Numbered from the whole stretch's first letter, positions 1 through 10,447 are shown. The stretch: DNA of 60,181 nucleotides, filler included, from 5 parts of 5 records of this genome joined end to end with filler, not necessarily neighbours in it, one strand, 5' to 3'. Notes: generated by a model not told the origin, from the letters alone. Numbers and translations: made by a program.

Positions 1-74
1 GGTTTTTGCGAACTTTTATTGACACTAGCCTGAAATTTCTCGTATTCAGCCTTGGTAATCGTGACGGTTTCCAT
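1..74 (-). CDS. tnpC: Probable IS66 transposase TnpC N-terminus (partial)
   Basis: Hand translation METVTITKAEYEKFQ..., downstream of tnpB and preceded by TGGTATAAT. Confidence 0.5.
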   Translation of the reverse strand, partial: METVTITKAEYEKFQASVNKSSQK

Positions 75-152
75 ACATAAATTATACCATATTTCAAGCT
101 GAAACAACAGAAAAACACAGCTTGAAATCAGGCGGTTTTTTGCTTTTTTAGG

Positions 153-509
153 CTATCCGAGAACCATGCTTTTACATGGTTTTACTGCCTTTGGCTGTGC
201 AATCGATAGCCCTTCCATGAGACATCTGTACTGCTGTTGTGTGATATGTTTTGCTTGCTCGGTTGACCTCGGCCATTGGAAGCTGCCGCGCTCCAGGCGT
301 TTGTACAACAGAACGAATCCGTCACCTTCCCAATAAAGCACTTTGATTCTGTCACACCGTCTGCCACAGAACAAAAACAAACTGTTTCCGAACGGATCCA
401 GCTCGAAGTTCTTTTGCACGATTAGTGCCAGCCCATCTATTGACTTTCTTAAATCCGTATATCCGCAGGCAATGTAGATGTGTTCTGCGCCGGTAAAATC
501 GCTTAGCAT
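153..509 (-). CDS. tnpB: IS66 accessory protein TnpB
   Basis: Motifs GYTDLRKSIDGL, LFLFCGRRCDRIKVLYWEGDGFVLLYKRLERG and FQWP. Confidence 0.95.
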   Translation of the reverse strand: MLSDFTGAEHIYIACGYTDLRKSIDGLALIVQKNFELDPFGNSLFLFCGRRCDRIKVLYWEGDGFVLLYKRLERGSFQWPRSTEQAKHITQQQYRCLMEGLSIAQPKAVKPCKSMVLG

Positions 510-634
510 ATCTTGGAGAGCGCTCGGAGCGCTGTTTCAATGGTTTCGGCGTCTGCACCATTGCGGATTCGTATTTCAGCACCTCCGAATTGCACGGTGA
601 CTGAGGCATCTGAACTCCGGCGAATTGGTTGCTT
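503..634 (-). pseudogene. tnpA: IS66 TnpA C-terminal fragment
   Basis: Frame reads ...SVTVQFGGAEIRIRNGADAETIETALRALSKIC* and overlaps the tnpB ATG. An in-frame TGA lies just upstream, so the 5' part is missing. Confidence 0.6.
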
Positions 635-755
635 ACGTCACAACCTGCTCACTATTTCCAACAATAACACTTTATTTCCTTTTGTGGGAATGCTTAAACT
701 TGAGCTCGTTAAGATTGTCCAATGAGTAGATCATGCCATTTCCCTAAGTCTTTAA

Positions 756-1930
756 CTACTCATGCCTTAAAGCAGATATCGGTTGTAACTTTGAAGCCTT
801 ATTTGCGGGACTAACACCAAAAGCTACTCCCACACCCAATGCAAACAATACCGACGTTCCCATCATGGAAATTGATATTGTAAACGATAAACCATAAGAA
901 GCCCCGATTATTCCCAAAATTGATACTATACCAACTGAAAGTAAAACACCAATTAAAGCCCCAAATAAACACAACATAACTGATTCAAAAAGAAATTGCA
1001 TCAGAATACTAAATCGACTTGCTCCAATTGCTTTTCTAATGCCAATTTCACGCGTACGTTCTGATACAGTTACCAACATGATATTCATAATCCCTATACC
1101 ACCAACAACCAGTGATATTGTAGCTATACCCCCAAATAAAATCTTCAATATGATTAGTACCTGATTTACAGTATCAACATTGGAAGTTTGATTATAAACT
1201 GAGAAAGCTTCTTCGTCTCCATAAAAATAGTTATTAAGTATATGCTCCATTTCATTGATCGCATTGTCCATATGCTCTGCGGAACAAGCAGAAGCCGCAA
1301 TGTAAGTAATTTGTCCTTGTTGAAATAGGTCACAAAAATATGTATATGGAATAAATGTGTCGCCGGCAAACAAAATACCTAAGTCTTTTTCCAACACACC
1401 TATGACTTTTAATTTCTGACCATTAATTATGACTTGATTTCCCAAAGCCTTTTCAGCCACTCCAAAAGTTTTTCCGCTACCGAAAATCTTAATACAATGA
1501 CATTCGAATTGTTTTGTACATCAACCCTTTTAATATTTCTACCACAAGCCAGTCTTTGCTTCAATATTCTACCAAATCCTGATGTTACCCCTGAAACTGT
1601 TGTTGTTTCACTAAAATTATTATAATGAATATCCGTTCCAGCCATTTCAGTGGTTGAGATATCGGCTATATAAGTACTATGGGCTTTAAAATCTTCAAGC
1701 TCGTTTAATGAGATTGGATAAGATAAATTCTTTATTGATGCCGAAAAAAAATTTGTTCCAATCGCGTCAAGCTCTGTTAAGACTCCTCTTGTAACGCCAT
1801 CAACAAGCGAAAGCAGAACTGTGATTGTTACAACCCCTATAACAATACCAATCATGGTCAGCAATGACCGCATTTTGTTACCTATAATGGACTTCCATGC
1901 CATTTTTAGTACTTGAGTTATCATTATCAC
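756..1930 (-). CDS. MacB/FtsX-family ABC permease (frameshift near 1430-1475 joins ORFs 1427-1930 and 756-1460)
   Basis: N-terminal NKMRSLLTMIGIVIGV; C-terminal GGIGIMNIMLVTVSERTREIGIRKAIGA and LQPISALRHE. Confidence 0.9.
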
Positions 1931-2628
1931 ATAGCCTCCAGAATTTGTCCATCAAATATAGCGACTGTTCGTTTAGCTCGTGAGGCAATATTGGTATCAT
2001 GTGTAATCAAAACCACGGTACGCCCTGATTGATTAATCTCATGAAATAGCGCCATTATCTCTGCACCAGTTTTAGAGTCCAAATTACCGGTAGGCTCATC
2101 AGCAAGAATAAGTGAAGGCTTCGTTACCAGCGCCCGAGCGATCGCCACCCGTTGTTGCTGTCCCCCTGAAAGTTCACTAGGTTTATGATGCATTCGATTC
2201 TCAAGTCCAACACGTTTAATAACTTCAGCCACCCGATTAACACGTTCTTTCTCGCGGACTTTTTGGTATATTAACGGTAACTCAATATTTTCCCAAGCAG
2301 TCATTTTATCGATTAGATTAAATCCTTGAAAAATGAATCCTATTGTTTGATTTCTTAGCCTAGCCAGCTCATATTCTGAAAAGTCTACCACAGGAACGCC
2401 ATCCAATACATATTCCCCTTCATCATACATATCCAAGCATCCTATGATATTCATAAGTGTAGACTTCCCGCTCCCGGACGGACCAATTATACCCACAAAT
2501 TCTCCATGTTCAATAAAAATATCAATTTTATCAAGTGCTCGAACTTGCTCATCCCCAATTTTAAATATTTTAGATATCCCTTGCATAGCGACTAAAGGAA
2601 GTGTTGTGTCCCCCTCATTATTCCCCAT
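1927..2628 (-). CDS. MacB/LolD-type ABC ATP-binding protein
   Basis: [23 protein letters not shown] and [11 protein letters not shown]. The GGAGG spacing favours a start at 2628 (alternative 2634). Confidence 0.92.
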   Translation of the reverse strand: MGNNEGDTTLPLVAMQGISKIFKIGDEQVRALDKIDIFIEHGEFVGIIGPSGSGKSTLMNIIGCLDMYDEGEYVLDGVPVVDFSEYELARLRNQTIGFIFQGFNLIDKMTAWENIELPLIYQKVREKERVNRVAEVIKRVGLENRMHHKPSELSGGQQQRVAIARALVTKPSLILADEPTGNLDSKTGAEIMALFHEINQSGRTVVLITHDTNIASRAKRTVAIFDGQILEAM

Positions 2629-4093
2629 TTCCATTCTCCTCCGTTTCCGGTAATAGCACAATATTTTCATAAAGAACAATATCACCCGTAACTAGCCCTG
2701 AAACAATCTGTACATAATAATCGTTTGCGATCCCTGTAACGATGTTCTTACGTATTTTATCTTGACCTGTTAAATCTCCAGATGGAGTAACATATACATA
2801 TTCACCGTCACCATCCTCCAAAACCAATTCTAAAGGTAAAATGACGCCTTTGTTTACACTGTCAATTGTGAAGGAAACCTTACCGTTCATACCAACAAGA
2901 AATCTTTTATTATCTGAAAGACTCAGTGTAATAACAAATGTTGTTATCCCATCTGTAACATTACCTAGATGGTTAATATCCGTAACTACCGCATTGAACT
3001 TTTCATTAGGAAATGTGTTTAACTCAATTTTCGCCTCTTGTCCGATAGATATTAGTGCAATATCTTTTTCGCCTAAGCTCGCTTCAAATTGACATGCGCT
3101 ATTGTTAATTAGTGTGAAAATAGGTGTATAAATACTTTCTTGCCCTACTACGTCTCCATTTGATACGTTTACCTCACTAATAATACCGGCTTGTTCAGCA
3201 ATTATATTAGGCGATACAATTAATTCATTTATTAGAACTAGCTTTCCGTTTAATCGATTATATTCCTCTACTAAATCATTGTATGTCTCTTTGATCTGTG
3301 CCTTCTTCCAAGTAATAAGCTTGTCACCAACAGATACCTTATCATTTATCTTTACATGTATTTTTTTAATATTGCTGTAATCTCCACGAATCGTTATAGG
3401 TGCGTTAATCTGCAATGTGCCCTCTCCTATTTTCTTATCATCCTTGAATATTTCAACATTTTCACCTACAAGTAATGAATCATCAAATATCTCAACGACA
3501 TAACTACCTGACATTACCATGTCGATAATACCATCAGCACTATTACCGTCTTTTAGTTTTACCTTAACATGAGACCCCATTGCAAAAGTCGTATCACTCA
3601 TCACTTCTACGCGCATCTTTCCATCTAAAGCAATGACGATCAGTGCTTCATTATCTTTACTTTGCGATATTGACTTTATCCTCCCGCTAACTTCTGCATA
3701 CGTAGTTTTCTCACTTTTGGTGGAATCCATTGATACAATCGTTTGCTCTAACTCTTTTATATTGGCGACACACTTTTTCTGTAGCTCTTTTAAAGCAACT
3801 ACATCAAGTGTCGCGAGCACATCACCCTCAGATATTGCCGTCCCTCTTTTAACCGTAACTTTATCAATTTGCACACCACTTAAAACAGATATATTCTGTA
3901 TATCACCACCAATCAATGCTCCTTTACCTGATACATTCTTTTCTAGCTTGTCTTCATCTACAACATAACTTTGATAGGTCGCTTTCGATTTTTCCATAAC
4001 CGTTATATTATTAACAACAACAATAGCAATTGCTATTATGATTAAGATGACTATAGTTAATACAATTCGTTTTCGCGCTTTAGTTTTTTTCAT
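2618..4093 (-). CDS. HlyD/MacA-like membrane fusion (efflux adaptor) protein
   Basis: N-terminal TM anchor, lipoyl-like hairpins (VKRGTAISEGDVLA, VSNGDVV) and a C-terminal TGIAND...SGL motif. It precedes the MacB-type ATPase and permease. Confidence 0.85.
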   Translation of the reverse strand: MKKTKARKRIVLTIVILIIIAIAIVVVNNITVMEKSKATYQSYVVDEDKLEKNVSGKGALIGGDIQNISVLSGVQIDKVTVKRGTAISEGDVLATLDVVALKELQKKCVANIKELEQTIVSMDSTKSEKTTYAEVSGRIKSISQSKDNEALIVIALDGKMRVEVMSDTTFAMGSHVKVKLKDGNSADGIIDMVMSGSYVVEIFDDSLLVGENVEIFKDDKKIGEGTLQINAPITIRGDYSNIKKIHVKINDKVSVGDKLITWKKAQIKETYNDLVEEYNRLNGKLVLINELIVSPNIIAEQAGIISEVNVSNGDVVGQESIYTPIFTLINNSACQFEASLGEKDIALISIGQEAKIELNTFPNEKFNAVVTDINHLGNVTDGITTFVITLSLSDNKRFLVGMNGKVSFTIDSVNKGVILPLELVLEDGDGEYVYVTPSGDLTGQDKIRKNIVTGIANDYYVQIVSGLVTGDIVLYENIVLLPETEENGNGE

Positions 4094-4318
4094 TTTAATT
4101 CCCCCTACAAATTAGTTTTAACATTTTTGTTTGTCATTTGTTTTGCAAATCATTTACGCCATCCGAATTTTGTTTTATTACTTGAAACTGCATTTATATT
4201 TCTTAGAGCTACTTAATTCACTTTTCGACCTTGAAAATATATGCCACTTCTTCTATCATTCTTCTGTAGTATTTTTCACATAATTCACCAATATGTAATC
4301 CTTTCTATTAGTTCTTTA

Positions 4319-6207
4319 TTATATAACGTAATCATCTTGTAATTGTTCATCTTGATAATACTGTGCTTGAGCGTTCCACAATTCATGATATTTGCCAGAT
4401 GCATCTAACAACAACTCTGTGTGAGTTCCATGCTGAATAATCTTACCCTTATCAAAAACCAAAATTTCATCACAAAAGCGACATGAGCAAAGTCTATGAG
4501 ATACAAAAATGGCTGTTTTTCCATTTGCAAATTTTTTAAAATCAGAATATAGATTATATTCTGATATAGGATCAAGTGCAGCTGTGGGTTCATCTAAAAT
4601 CATAATCGGAGCATTTTTGTATAAAGCCCTTGCAAAAGCAATTTTTTGAGCTTCACCACCAGATATTTCTTCACCAAATGCATCAAAATCTTTATAGAGA
4701 TTTGTGTTCATTCCATTTTTCATCATAGCATATCTGTCTCCAAACCCAGTCTTCTTAACTATGTCTTCCAAGCTAGAAGAATTATAATTTACTTGGCCAG
4801 AAATATTTTGACCTAGGGAAAATGAGAATAATGAAAAATCTTGAAACACAACAGATATTAATTTTATAAAATCTTTAAATTTCAGCTTTGCAACATCCAA
4901 ATTATCAATAAGAACCTGCCCTATTGAAGGGTTATATAACCGGCATATTAGCTTTACAAATGTTGTTTTCCCAGAGCCGTTTTCTCCGACAATTGCATAC
5001 TTTTTCCTTCATCTAATTTAATGGAAATTCCATTGAGCGTATATGTATTATTGGATGGGTACTTGTAATAAACATCTTTAAATTCAATATTATACGATGA
5101 TACAAGGCATTTTTCCCCTTCTTTATTATCATCTTGAGCTAAGTTTAAATAATCAAAAGTATCTTGTAAGTACTCAGTATTTTTTACTAATCTACCTATT
5201 ACAGCACACATTTCAGTTACACTTAGAATAAATTGCTTTGAAACGCCGGTATACTGAATAAAATTACCAATTCCGAAGGCACCAAAATATGTTTTAATAC
5301 CAACAAACATATAGATAATGATATCAACAATTGTTAATAATGTAACCCTAATCTTTCCGTAATGGTTATGTAACTTCGAAATTTTTTCAATGTATACTGG
5401 TTTAATTGTCCATTTGTTTATTTCTTCCATAATTTTATCTATTTGTCGATATATGCGTATATCCATTGCTCCAAAGTTGTCCTTGAGACTTCTTCGAAAA
5501 TAATTAAGCAGTCGATTAGATTCTGGTAGTTTACGCCATTCATCACACTCTTTTTTGAATTCCCTATTGCTACATGTAAGTGATCCGAAAATACATAATC
5601 CAATTATTGTTAGCACACCAATATGTAAAAACGGCGAGTTAAGACTAACATTCGCTACGGAATTTGAAGGAAGCATTTTAATGAACATACCAATACCAAG
5701 AATGATTGACAATACAATCGAGCAAAATGAAGTAACTCCCGAATGAAGTGTATAAAATAGCATACCTAATCCTGCGCTAGTTGCATTTTGATTTGTTTTG
5801 ATTTTATTTTTTAGTAGTCTTACTTCTGAACTTTCTAATAAATTAAACGGCATTTTATTGTTAACTTCATTAAAAAATATTTCAAGCCGCGCATTCCATT
5901 GATTAGCATGAACTTCAAGTCTATTTGCAGAAAACTCTCGAATAAAGGATAAGATAAGTTCAGAAATCAAAACTATTATCACAGCTTCTATAATTTTCTG
6001 CAAATCTTTACTTGACGTTAAAATATTAATAACTTGTGCTGAAAAATAAAGCGCAACAAAAGGAATAATCGCTGTGGCAATGGCATTTATTACGTTCCAC
6101 AAAACATATGCTTTATCCAATTCCCAAATAATTTTATAACCTTTGCCAATCAACGCAAGTCCTTTTTTATTTTCTTTGCTGAATTTACCATCACTCACAA
6201 CTTCCAA
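4319..6207 (-). CDS. ABC exporter, fused TMD-NBD subunit B (frameshift near 5000 at the Walker A region)
   Basis: TM domain in ORF 4954-6207; ISGGEAQK, ILDEPTAALD and FVSHR in ORF 4319-4900. Confidence 0.88.
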
Positions 6208-6226
6208 TCCTCCGCTTATGGATTTC

Positions 6227-8020
6227 TTATATTAGTTCAGCATTGCTTTCGGCATGATAATAATGACCTTGAATACTAAATAATTCAGAGTACTTTCCAT
6301 TTTGTTTTATTAATTCATTATGACTTCCTGTTTCAATTATTTCTCCGTTCTCCATATAGAGAATTTCATCACAAAATCTTGTTGAAGCTAGACGATGAGA
6401 TATAAATATCGATGTTTTGTCCAATGTCATACTATTATACTTCAAATACATATTTTTTTCGGCAATTGGATCAAGCGAAGCTGTTGGTTCATCCAATATG
6501 AGGACTGGCGCATCTTTATACAAAGCGCGCGTTAATATTAATTTTTGTTTTTCTCCTCCAGATAGTTCTATTGCATTAGGAAACACCTCTTGTACCAACA
6601 GAGTCTTTGCCCCAGCAGGCAACGAAGCTAACTTATCTGATAATCCTGCCTGTTTGATACATGCTGCAAGTTTAAGTTCGTTAATGTTATCACAAGCAAT
6701 ATTTTTTTCAATTGATAAGGGAAGTAAATGAAACTTTTGAAATACAACAGAAAATAATCGATAATAATCATCACGGTTGTATTCAAAAACAGAATGCCCG
6801 TCTATTAGAATTTCCCCTTTAGTAGGAACGTACATTCCGCATATTAGCTTTACCAAAGTTGTTTTTCCGGCTCCATTCAATCCAACAATAGCCATTTTTT
6901 TGCCAGCATGGATAGTAAGGTTTATATTCTTCAGCGTTGGTTCATCCGCTCCCGGATAAGAATACTCAACATTGCGAAATTCAATGGTGGGTTTCTCTGA
7001 AGAAATTGTCACACCTATATTTCTATTAAGTTTATCTTCAATTTCCAAATATTTTCTTAGATCTCTTATCTGATAATTTCCACGAGTAAGAGCGGAAAAG
7101 TTGTTTAACAAGTCACCTAATATATTAACAAATTGACTAATTGCTGCAAAGTACAAAATGAAACCTGCAACACTTATTTCTCCATTAATAGTAAATGATA
7201 TTAAATACCAATACGCTAATCCGTCACGAGCAAGTATTACAATCAAGTCGATAAAAACAGAAAGAATTTTTCTCCTAGCTAGCTTGTTAAATAAACTAAA
7301 ATGTTCTTTGAAAAACATTTTAGATAGATCAGAAATCCATTTACCCAAACCATAAATACGAATATCTTTGCCGAATCGAAAGTTCTCGGAGATTCTTGAT
7401 AAATAATCAAGTTTTCGAGAAACAGCAACGCGTTCATCCTTTGTTTTGTTTTCATAATGATTTGAGTATAAGATAGTTAAATATTGAAGCCCTGCCGCTA
7501 TCAAAAGCCCCGCAATAATTAATGGATTTAGTATAAAGATTAATGAGCCAAATAATGCAAATTTCAATAATGCTATTAGTAACTGAGCAAAACTATTAGG
7601 GACGTGGATTGCTTCTGTATGATTATTTGAAACAGCTGCATCTGCACGCTCAGCCATAATTTTGGTTCTAGGATCTTCTAAATGCGCATAATCAATATCT
7701 AAATTTTTCTTATATAGCAGTGATAAATAATGCAAGACGAGCTTGTGCTCAGAGACATATTTCTTTGAATCAAGCTTATTAGAGATTATACTAAGAATCC
7801 ATCTTATAAGGAGAAATCCTGCAATAATTAATATCACTTGTAAAAGTGCAGTATTCGCCGATTCAAATTCCCTTACAATCGCAGCAGGCATAACAAGATC
7901 TATTACGGCAAGCAATAGTGTCACAGGAATACTAAGAACAGCAGCGATCGCCAACGTTTTGTCCACTTCCCATATATTTTTAAATACAAATCTTATATTG
8001 CTCGTAAATTTGAACTTCAT
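6227..8020 (-). CDS. ABC exporter, fused TMD-NBD subunit A (no N-terminal C39 peptidase)
   Basis: GLNGAGKT, LSGGEKQK, ILDEPTASLD and FISHR, after a multi-TM N-terminal domain. Confidence 0.93.
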   Translation of the reverse strand: MKFKFTSNIRFVFKNIWEVDKTLAIAAVLSIPVTLLLAVIDLVMPAAIVREFESANTALLQVILIIAGFLLIRWILSIISNKLDSKKYVSEHKLVLHYLSLLYKKNLDIDYAHLEDPRTKIMAERADAAVSNNHTEAIHVPNSFAQLLIALLKFALFGSLIFILNPLIIAGLLIAAGLQYLTILYSNHYENKTKDERVAVSRKLDYLSRISENFRFGKDIRIYGLGKWISDLSKMFFKEHFSLFNKLARRKILSVFIDLIVILARDGLAYWYLISFTINGEISVAGFILYFAAISQFVNILGDLLNNFSALTRGNYQIRDLRKYLEIEDKLNRNIGVTISSEKPTIEFRNVEYSYPGADEPTLKNINLTIHAGKKMAIVGLNGAGKTTLVKLICGMYVPTKGEILIDGHSVFEYNRDDYYRLFSVVFQKFHLLPLSIEKNIACDNINELKLAACIKQAGLSDKLASLPAGAKTLLVQEVFPNAIELSGGEKQKLILTRALYKDAPVLILDEPTASLDPIAEKNMYLKYNSMTLDKTSIFISHRLASTRFCDEILYMENGEIIETGSHNELIKQNGKYSELFSIQGHYYHAESNAELI

Positions 8021-8065
8021 TTTCTACAATCACCAATCTATAATCAAATATTTCTAAAACCTTGA

Positions 8066-8581
8066 TTATTCACATATATATTGTGTACCAATATTACCGA
8101 GGCTCTCAAATCCGGCATTCTTAAACGTTTCCTTATCGCTCACACTATATACATAATTCCCATTATGCGCCATTACATAAAACTCTGAATACTCCGATTC
8201 GTATTCGTCAAATACAGAAACAGCGTCCTCTTCAGAAAGCCCATAGCATATGTCAATGTAATGATTCCCTTTGCTTGCGTATATTCTCTCTGCTAAAATC
8301 GTTGTATTTAGCGCCTCGTCATATTCGGAAATTTCATACCCTTTATCTTTTAAATTTTGTATTAGCTCAGTTTTTTGCGGAACAATTTGATTAATATCAA
8401 ACATATCCTCATTTACTTCCCCTTTTTCGTCCACAAGATTTGCAACATTTATTTCAAAGTTAGCAATACCATAGTTACGTGTAATATTCAAATGCTTGGT
8501 TTCTGCTTGGCAAGATGAGCAGAACAATATTCCTGCAAAAAAAGCTGATATAACAATTGATCGTATATTTTCTCGCTTCAT
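8066..8581 (-). CDS. Putative lipoprotein or secreted protein (possible immunity)
   Basis: Basic N-terminus, hydrophobic stretch and Cys (LFCSSC), with a GAGGGAG RBS. It lies between the precursors and the exporters. Confidence 0.65.
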   Translation of the reverse strand: MKRENIRSIVISAFFAGILFCSSCQAETKHLNITRNYGIANFEINVANLVDEKGEVNEDMFDINQIVPQKTELIQNLKDKGYEISEYDEALNTTILAERIYASKGNHYIDICYGLSEEDAVSVFDEYESEYSEFYVMAHNGNYVYSVSDKETFKNAGFESLGNIGTQYICE

Positions 8582-8689
8582 AATATCTCCCTCTTTTGAA
8601 AGCTAGATCACAATCCAAGCGTTCCGATATTCAACGCAGAACGCCTGAATTGTTTACTATGTAAAACATGACGTTTGGCAACTTTGGTG

Positions 8690-8839
8690 TTAACTGCAGC
8701 CGCGGTTTGTTATAGGACAAGTATTTACTCTTATTACCCCAGGACAGTTTCCCGTACAATTAGTGTTTTCATCAAAGAGCATGGCAGTATCCAACCTTTC
8801 GAGTACAATCTTTTTCAAAAAATAGAATTTCTTTTTCAT
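8690..8839 (-). CDS. RiPP precursor peptide 6 (49 aa)
   Basis: MKKKFYFLKKIVLERLDTAMLFDENTNCTGNCPGVIRVNTCPITNRGCS*, with RBS AAAGGAGG. Confidence 0.9.
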   Translation of the reverse strand: MKKKFYFLKKIVLERLDTAMLFDENTNCTGNCPGVIRVNTCPITNRGCS

Positions 8840-8880
8840 TTTGCAAAGCCTCCTTTCTATAAATTATAATGTGAAATCTA

Positions 8881-9009
8881 CTAACATCCAATATTTGTTA
8901 CGGGACAAATATTAACGTCCTTTATTGGGCAGCCACAATTTTGGTTTTCAGCATATACCTCGAAGCATAACAAGGATTCATCGACTGCTTTTTTTGAACA
9001 CTGAAACAT
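8881..9009 (-). CDS. RiPP precursor peptide 5 (42 aa)
   Basis: MFQCSKKAVDESLLCFEVYAENQNCGCPIKDVNICPVTNIGC*, with RBS AAAGGAG. Confidence 0.88.
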   Translation of the reverse strand: MFQCSKKAVDESLLCFEVYAENQNCGCPIKDVNICPVTNIGC

Positions 9010-9032
9010 ATCCGCATCTCCTTTCTGCCAAC

Positions 9033-9176
9033 CTAATTACATATGCCTGTGTTGTTACAAACCTTGTTAGATCCCGGACAATTTGCAGTATTCGTACAAG
9101 TATTTGTTTCGGCATATAAGGTGACACTTTGTTTGCTTTCTATTATTTTCTTTTTCCGAAATACATATTTGAACAT
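9033..9176 (-). CDS. RiPP precursor peptide 4 (47 aa)
   Basis: MFKYVFRKKKIIESKQSVTLYAETNTCTNTANCPGSNKVCNNTGICN*, with RBS GGGAGG. Confidence 0.9.
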   Translation of the reverse strand: MFKYVFRKKKIIESKQSVTLYAETNTCTNTANCPGSNKVCNNTGICN

Positions 9177-9195
9177 TTTTATTCCTCCCAACTTC

Positions 9196-9363
9196 TTAGC
9201 ACCCTACATTTTGGGAAACGCAATATGCCGTGTTTGTTGCTCCATTTCCAGCAGAACACTTGGTATTAGTTGATGTGCACGGCGTGTTTTGCACGACCTC
9301 AGCGTAAAGACTTAAATCCATTAGATTTTCTTTTACTTTTTTCACAAACGTTATTGTTTTCAA
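9196..9363 (-). CDS. RiPP precursor peptide 3 (55 aa, TTG start)
   Basis: MKTITFVKKVKENLMDLSLYAEVVQNTPCTSTNTKCSAGNGATNTAYCVSQNVGC*, with RBS AGGAGG. Confidence 0.9.
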   Translation of the reverse strand: MKTITFVKKVKENLMDLSLYAEVVQNTPCTSTNTKCSAGNGATNTAYCVSQNVGC

Positions 9364-9382
9364 AATAAATTGCCTCCTAACT

Positions 9383-9517
9383 TTAGCATAAGTTCGTTAC
9401 CGGACAAGCAATATTCTCCCCTGGTACAGGATTGCAACCGCAATCAGTATTTTCCCCATACAAACTTATATGAGCGAGATTTTCATTTATATTTTTTTTA
9501 TTAAACGTAACATTCAT
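9383..9517 (-). CDS. RiPP precursor peptide 2 (44 aa)
   Basis: MNVTFNKKNINENLAHISLYGENTDCGCNPVPGENIACPVTNLC*, with RBS GGAGG. The true start lies inside track ORF 9383-9631. Confidence 0.9.
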   Translation of the reverse strand: MNVTFNKKNINENLAHISLYGENTDCGCNPVPGENIACPVTNLC

Positions 9518-9660
9518 AATACATAGCCTCCAAAAAAGCACCTTATTTGTTCTTAACGTAACTTCACACAATTTCGAAAGCATAAAGGAGAAAAAAACAT
9601 AATGTTGCTCATTACTCCAATACGCTTTCAAAATCGATACTAGACGTTTTTACGTTTGGA

Positions 9661-9798
9661 TCAACCACCGCAAACGCCATCAATAGGGCTGTTGCACACA
9701 CCATAGTCATTACAGTGTAAGTTTGTATTACTCTCTCCATAAAGTACGGCGTTCTTCATACTTTCCATAACAAACTTCTTAACAAATACCAATTTCAT
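9661..9798 (-). CDS. RiPP precursor peptide 1 (45 aa)
   Basis: MKLVFVKKFVMESMKNAVLYGESNTNLHCNDYGVCNSPIDGVCGG*, with RBS AAAGGAG. Confidence 0.9.
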   Translation of the reverse strand: MKLVFVKKFVMESMKNAVLYGESNTNLHCNDYGVCNSPIDGVCGG

Positions 9799-9884
9799 AG
9801 TTTACTCTCCTTTCTTTATTAATTATATTGTGGTAAATGAGTGTTTTCTGCGAAATCTGCAGCTTTCGCCTCCACAATAAAAAT

Positions 9885-10447
9885 CTACATTTCGTTTATA
9901 ATAGTCATAGCAAAAATATGAGTTTCTGGATTTTCTGGTAATACAATTTCTTTAACGCCATTATTCATTAAGATAATATTATGATAAATATTTAATTTGC
10001 AAAATCCATTACTCTGTACTCGAACTGCTATTTGGCATGTATCGTTTTTTTCACAATCGTATAATGATGTAATATTTTCAGACATTGAATAAAAACAAAG
10101 CGTATGATTATGTATACAGTCATCTTTGTCAGTACAAACAACTTTGTCTTTATAAATGCCAAATTCATTAAACCCTAGAATGGCAAGGGCATTGCAATGA
10201 ATATCTGGAAAAACTATTTGTTGCCCTCTGCAAATAATATTGTCCAATTCACTTTTCTGACCATACACCCTATAACGGATGCCCCCAATATATCGCTCTA
10301 TTAAAACCTCTGCGAATCGCGGATCACTAATACAACTACCGGCAACACCAACTTGATCTATCATTGTGTCATCTATTAGTTCGTTATCACCCATCATCTT
10401 ATGAGAAAAGTAGCTACTTATATCAACGGGATAATATTTTTTTTCAT
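9885..10447 (-). CDS. Hypothetical cluster protein (about 187 aa; likely start 10447 with a frameshift in an A8 run)
   Basis: GGAGG plus an ATG overlapping the upstream TGA. One extra A gives MKKKYYPVDISSYFSHK in frame with ORF 9885-10397. Motifs DNIICRGQQI and LPENPETHIFAMT. Confidence 0.7.

Larger units (their letters stand above)
1..636 (-). mobile_element. IS66-family insertion sequence remnant (truncated tnpA, tnpB, start of tnpC), cut by the window edge
   Basis: Intact TnpB ORF, with a TnpA-like C-terminus overlapping its start and a TnpC-like start at 74. The minus strand reads GTAAGC from 636, resembling an IS66 terminal repeat. Confidence 0.8.

Noticed and set aside
8675-9273. Plus-strand ORFs 8675-8869, 8925-9119 and 9043-9273
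   Set aside because: These are antisense shadows of the precursor genes, which have RBSs and mutual homology on the minus strand.
9518-9631. N-terminal extension of ORF 9383-9631, or a seventh precursor in this gap
   Set aside because: The RBS and leader alignment place the start at 9517. The only other short ORF (MSNIMFFSPLCFRNCVKLR) lacks the leader motif.
8690-9798. Lanthipeptide or double-glycine bacteriocin assignment for the precursors
   Set aside because: No LanB, LanC or LanM gene, no C39-containing transporter and no GG/GA leader cleavage motif are present.
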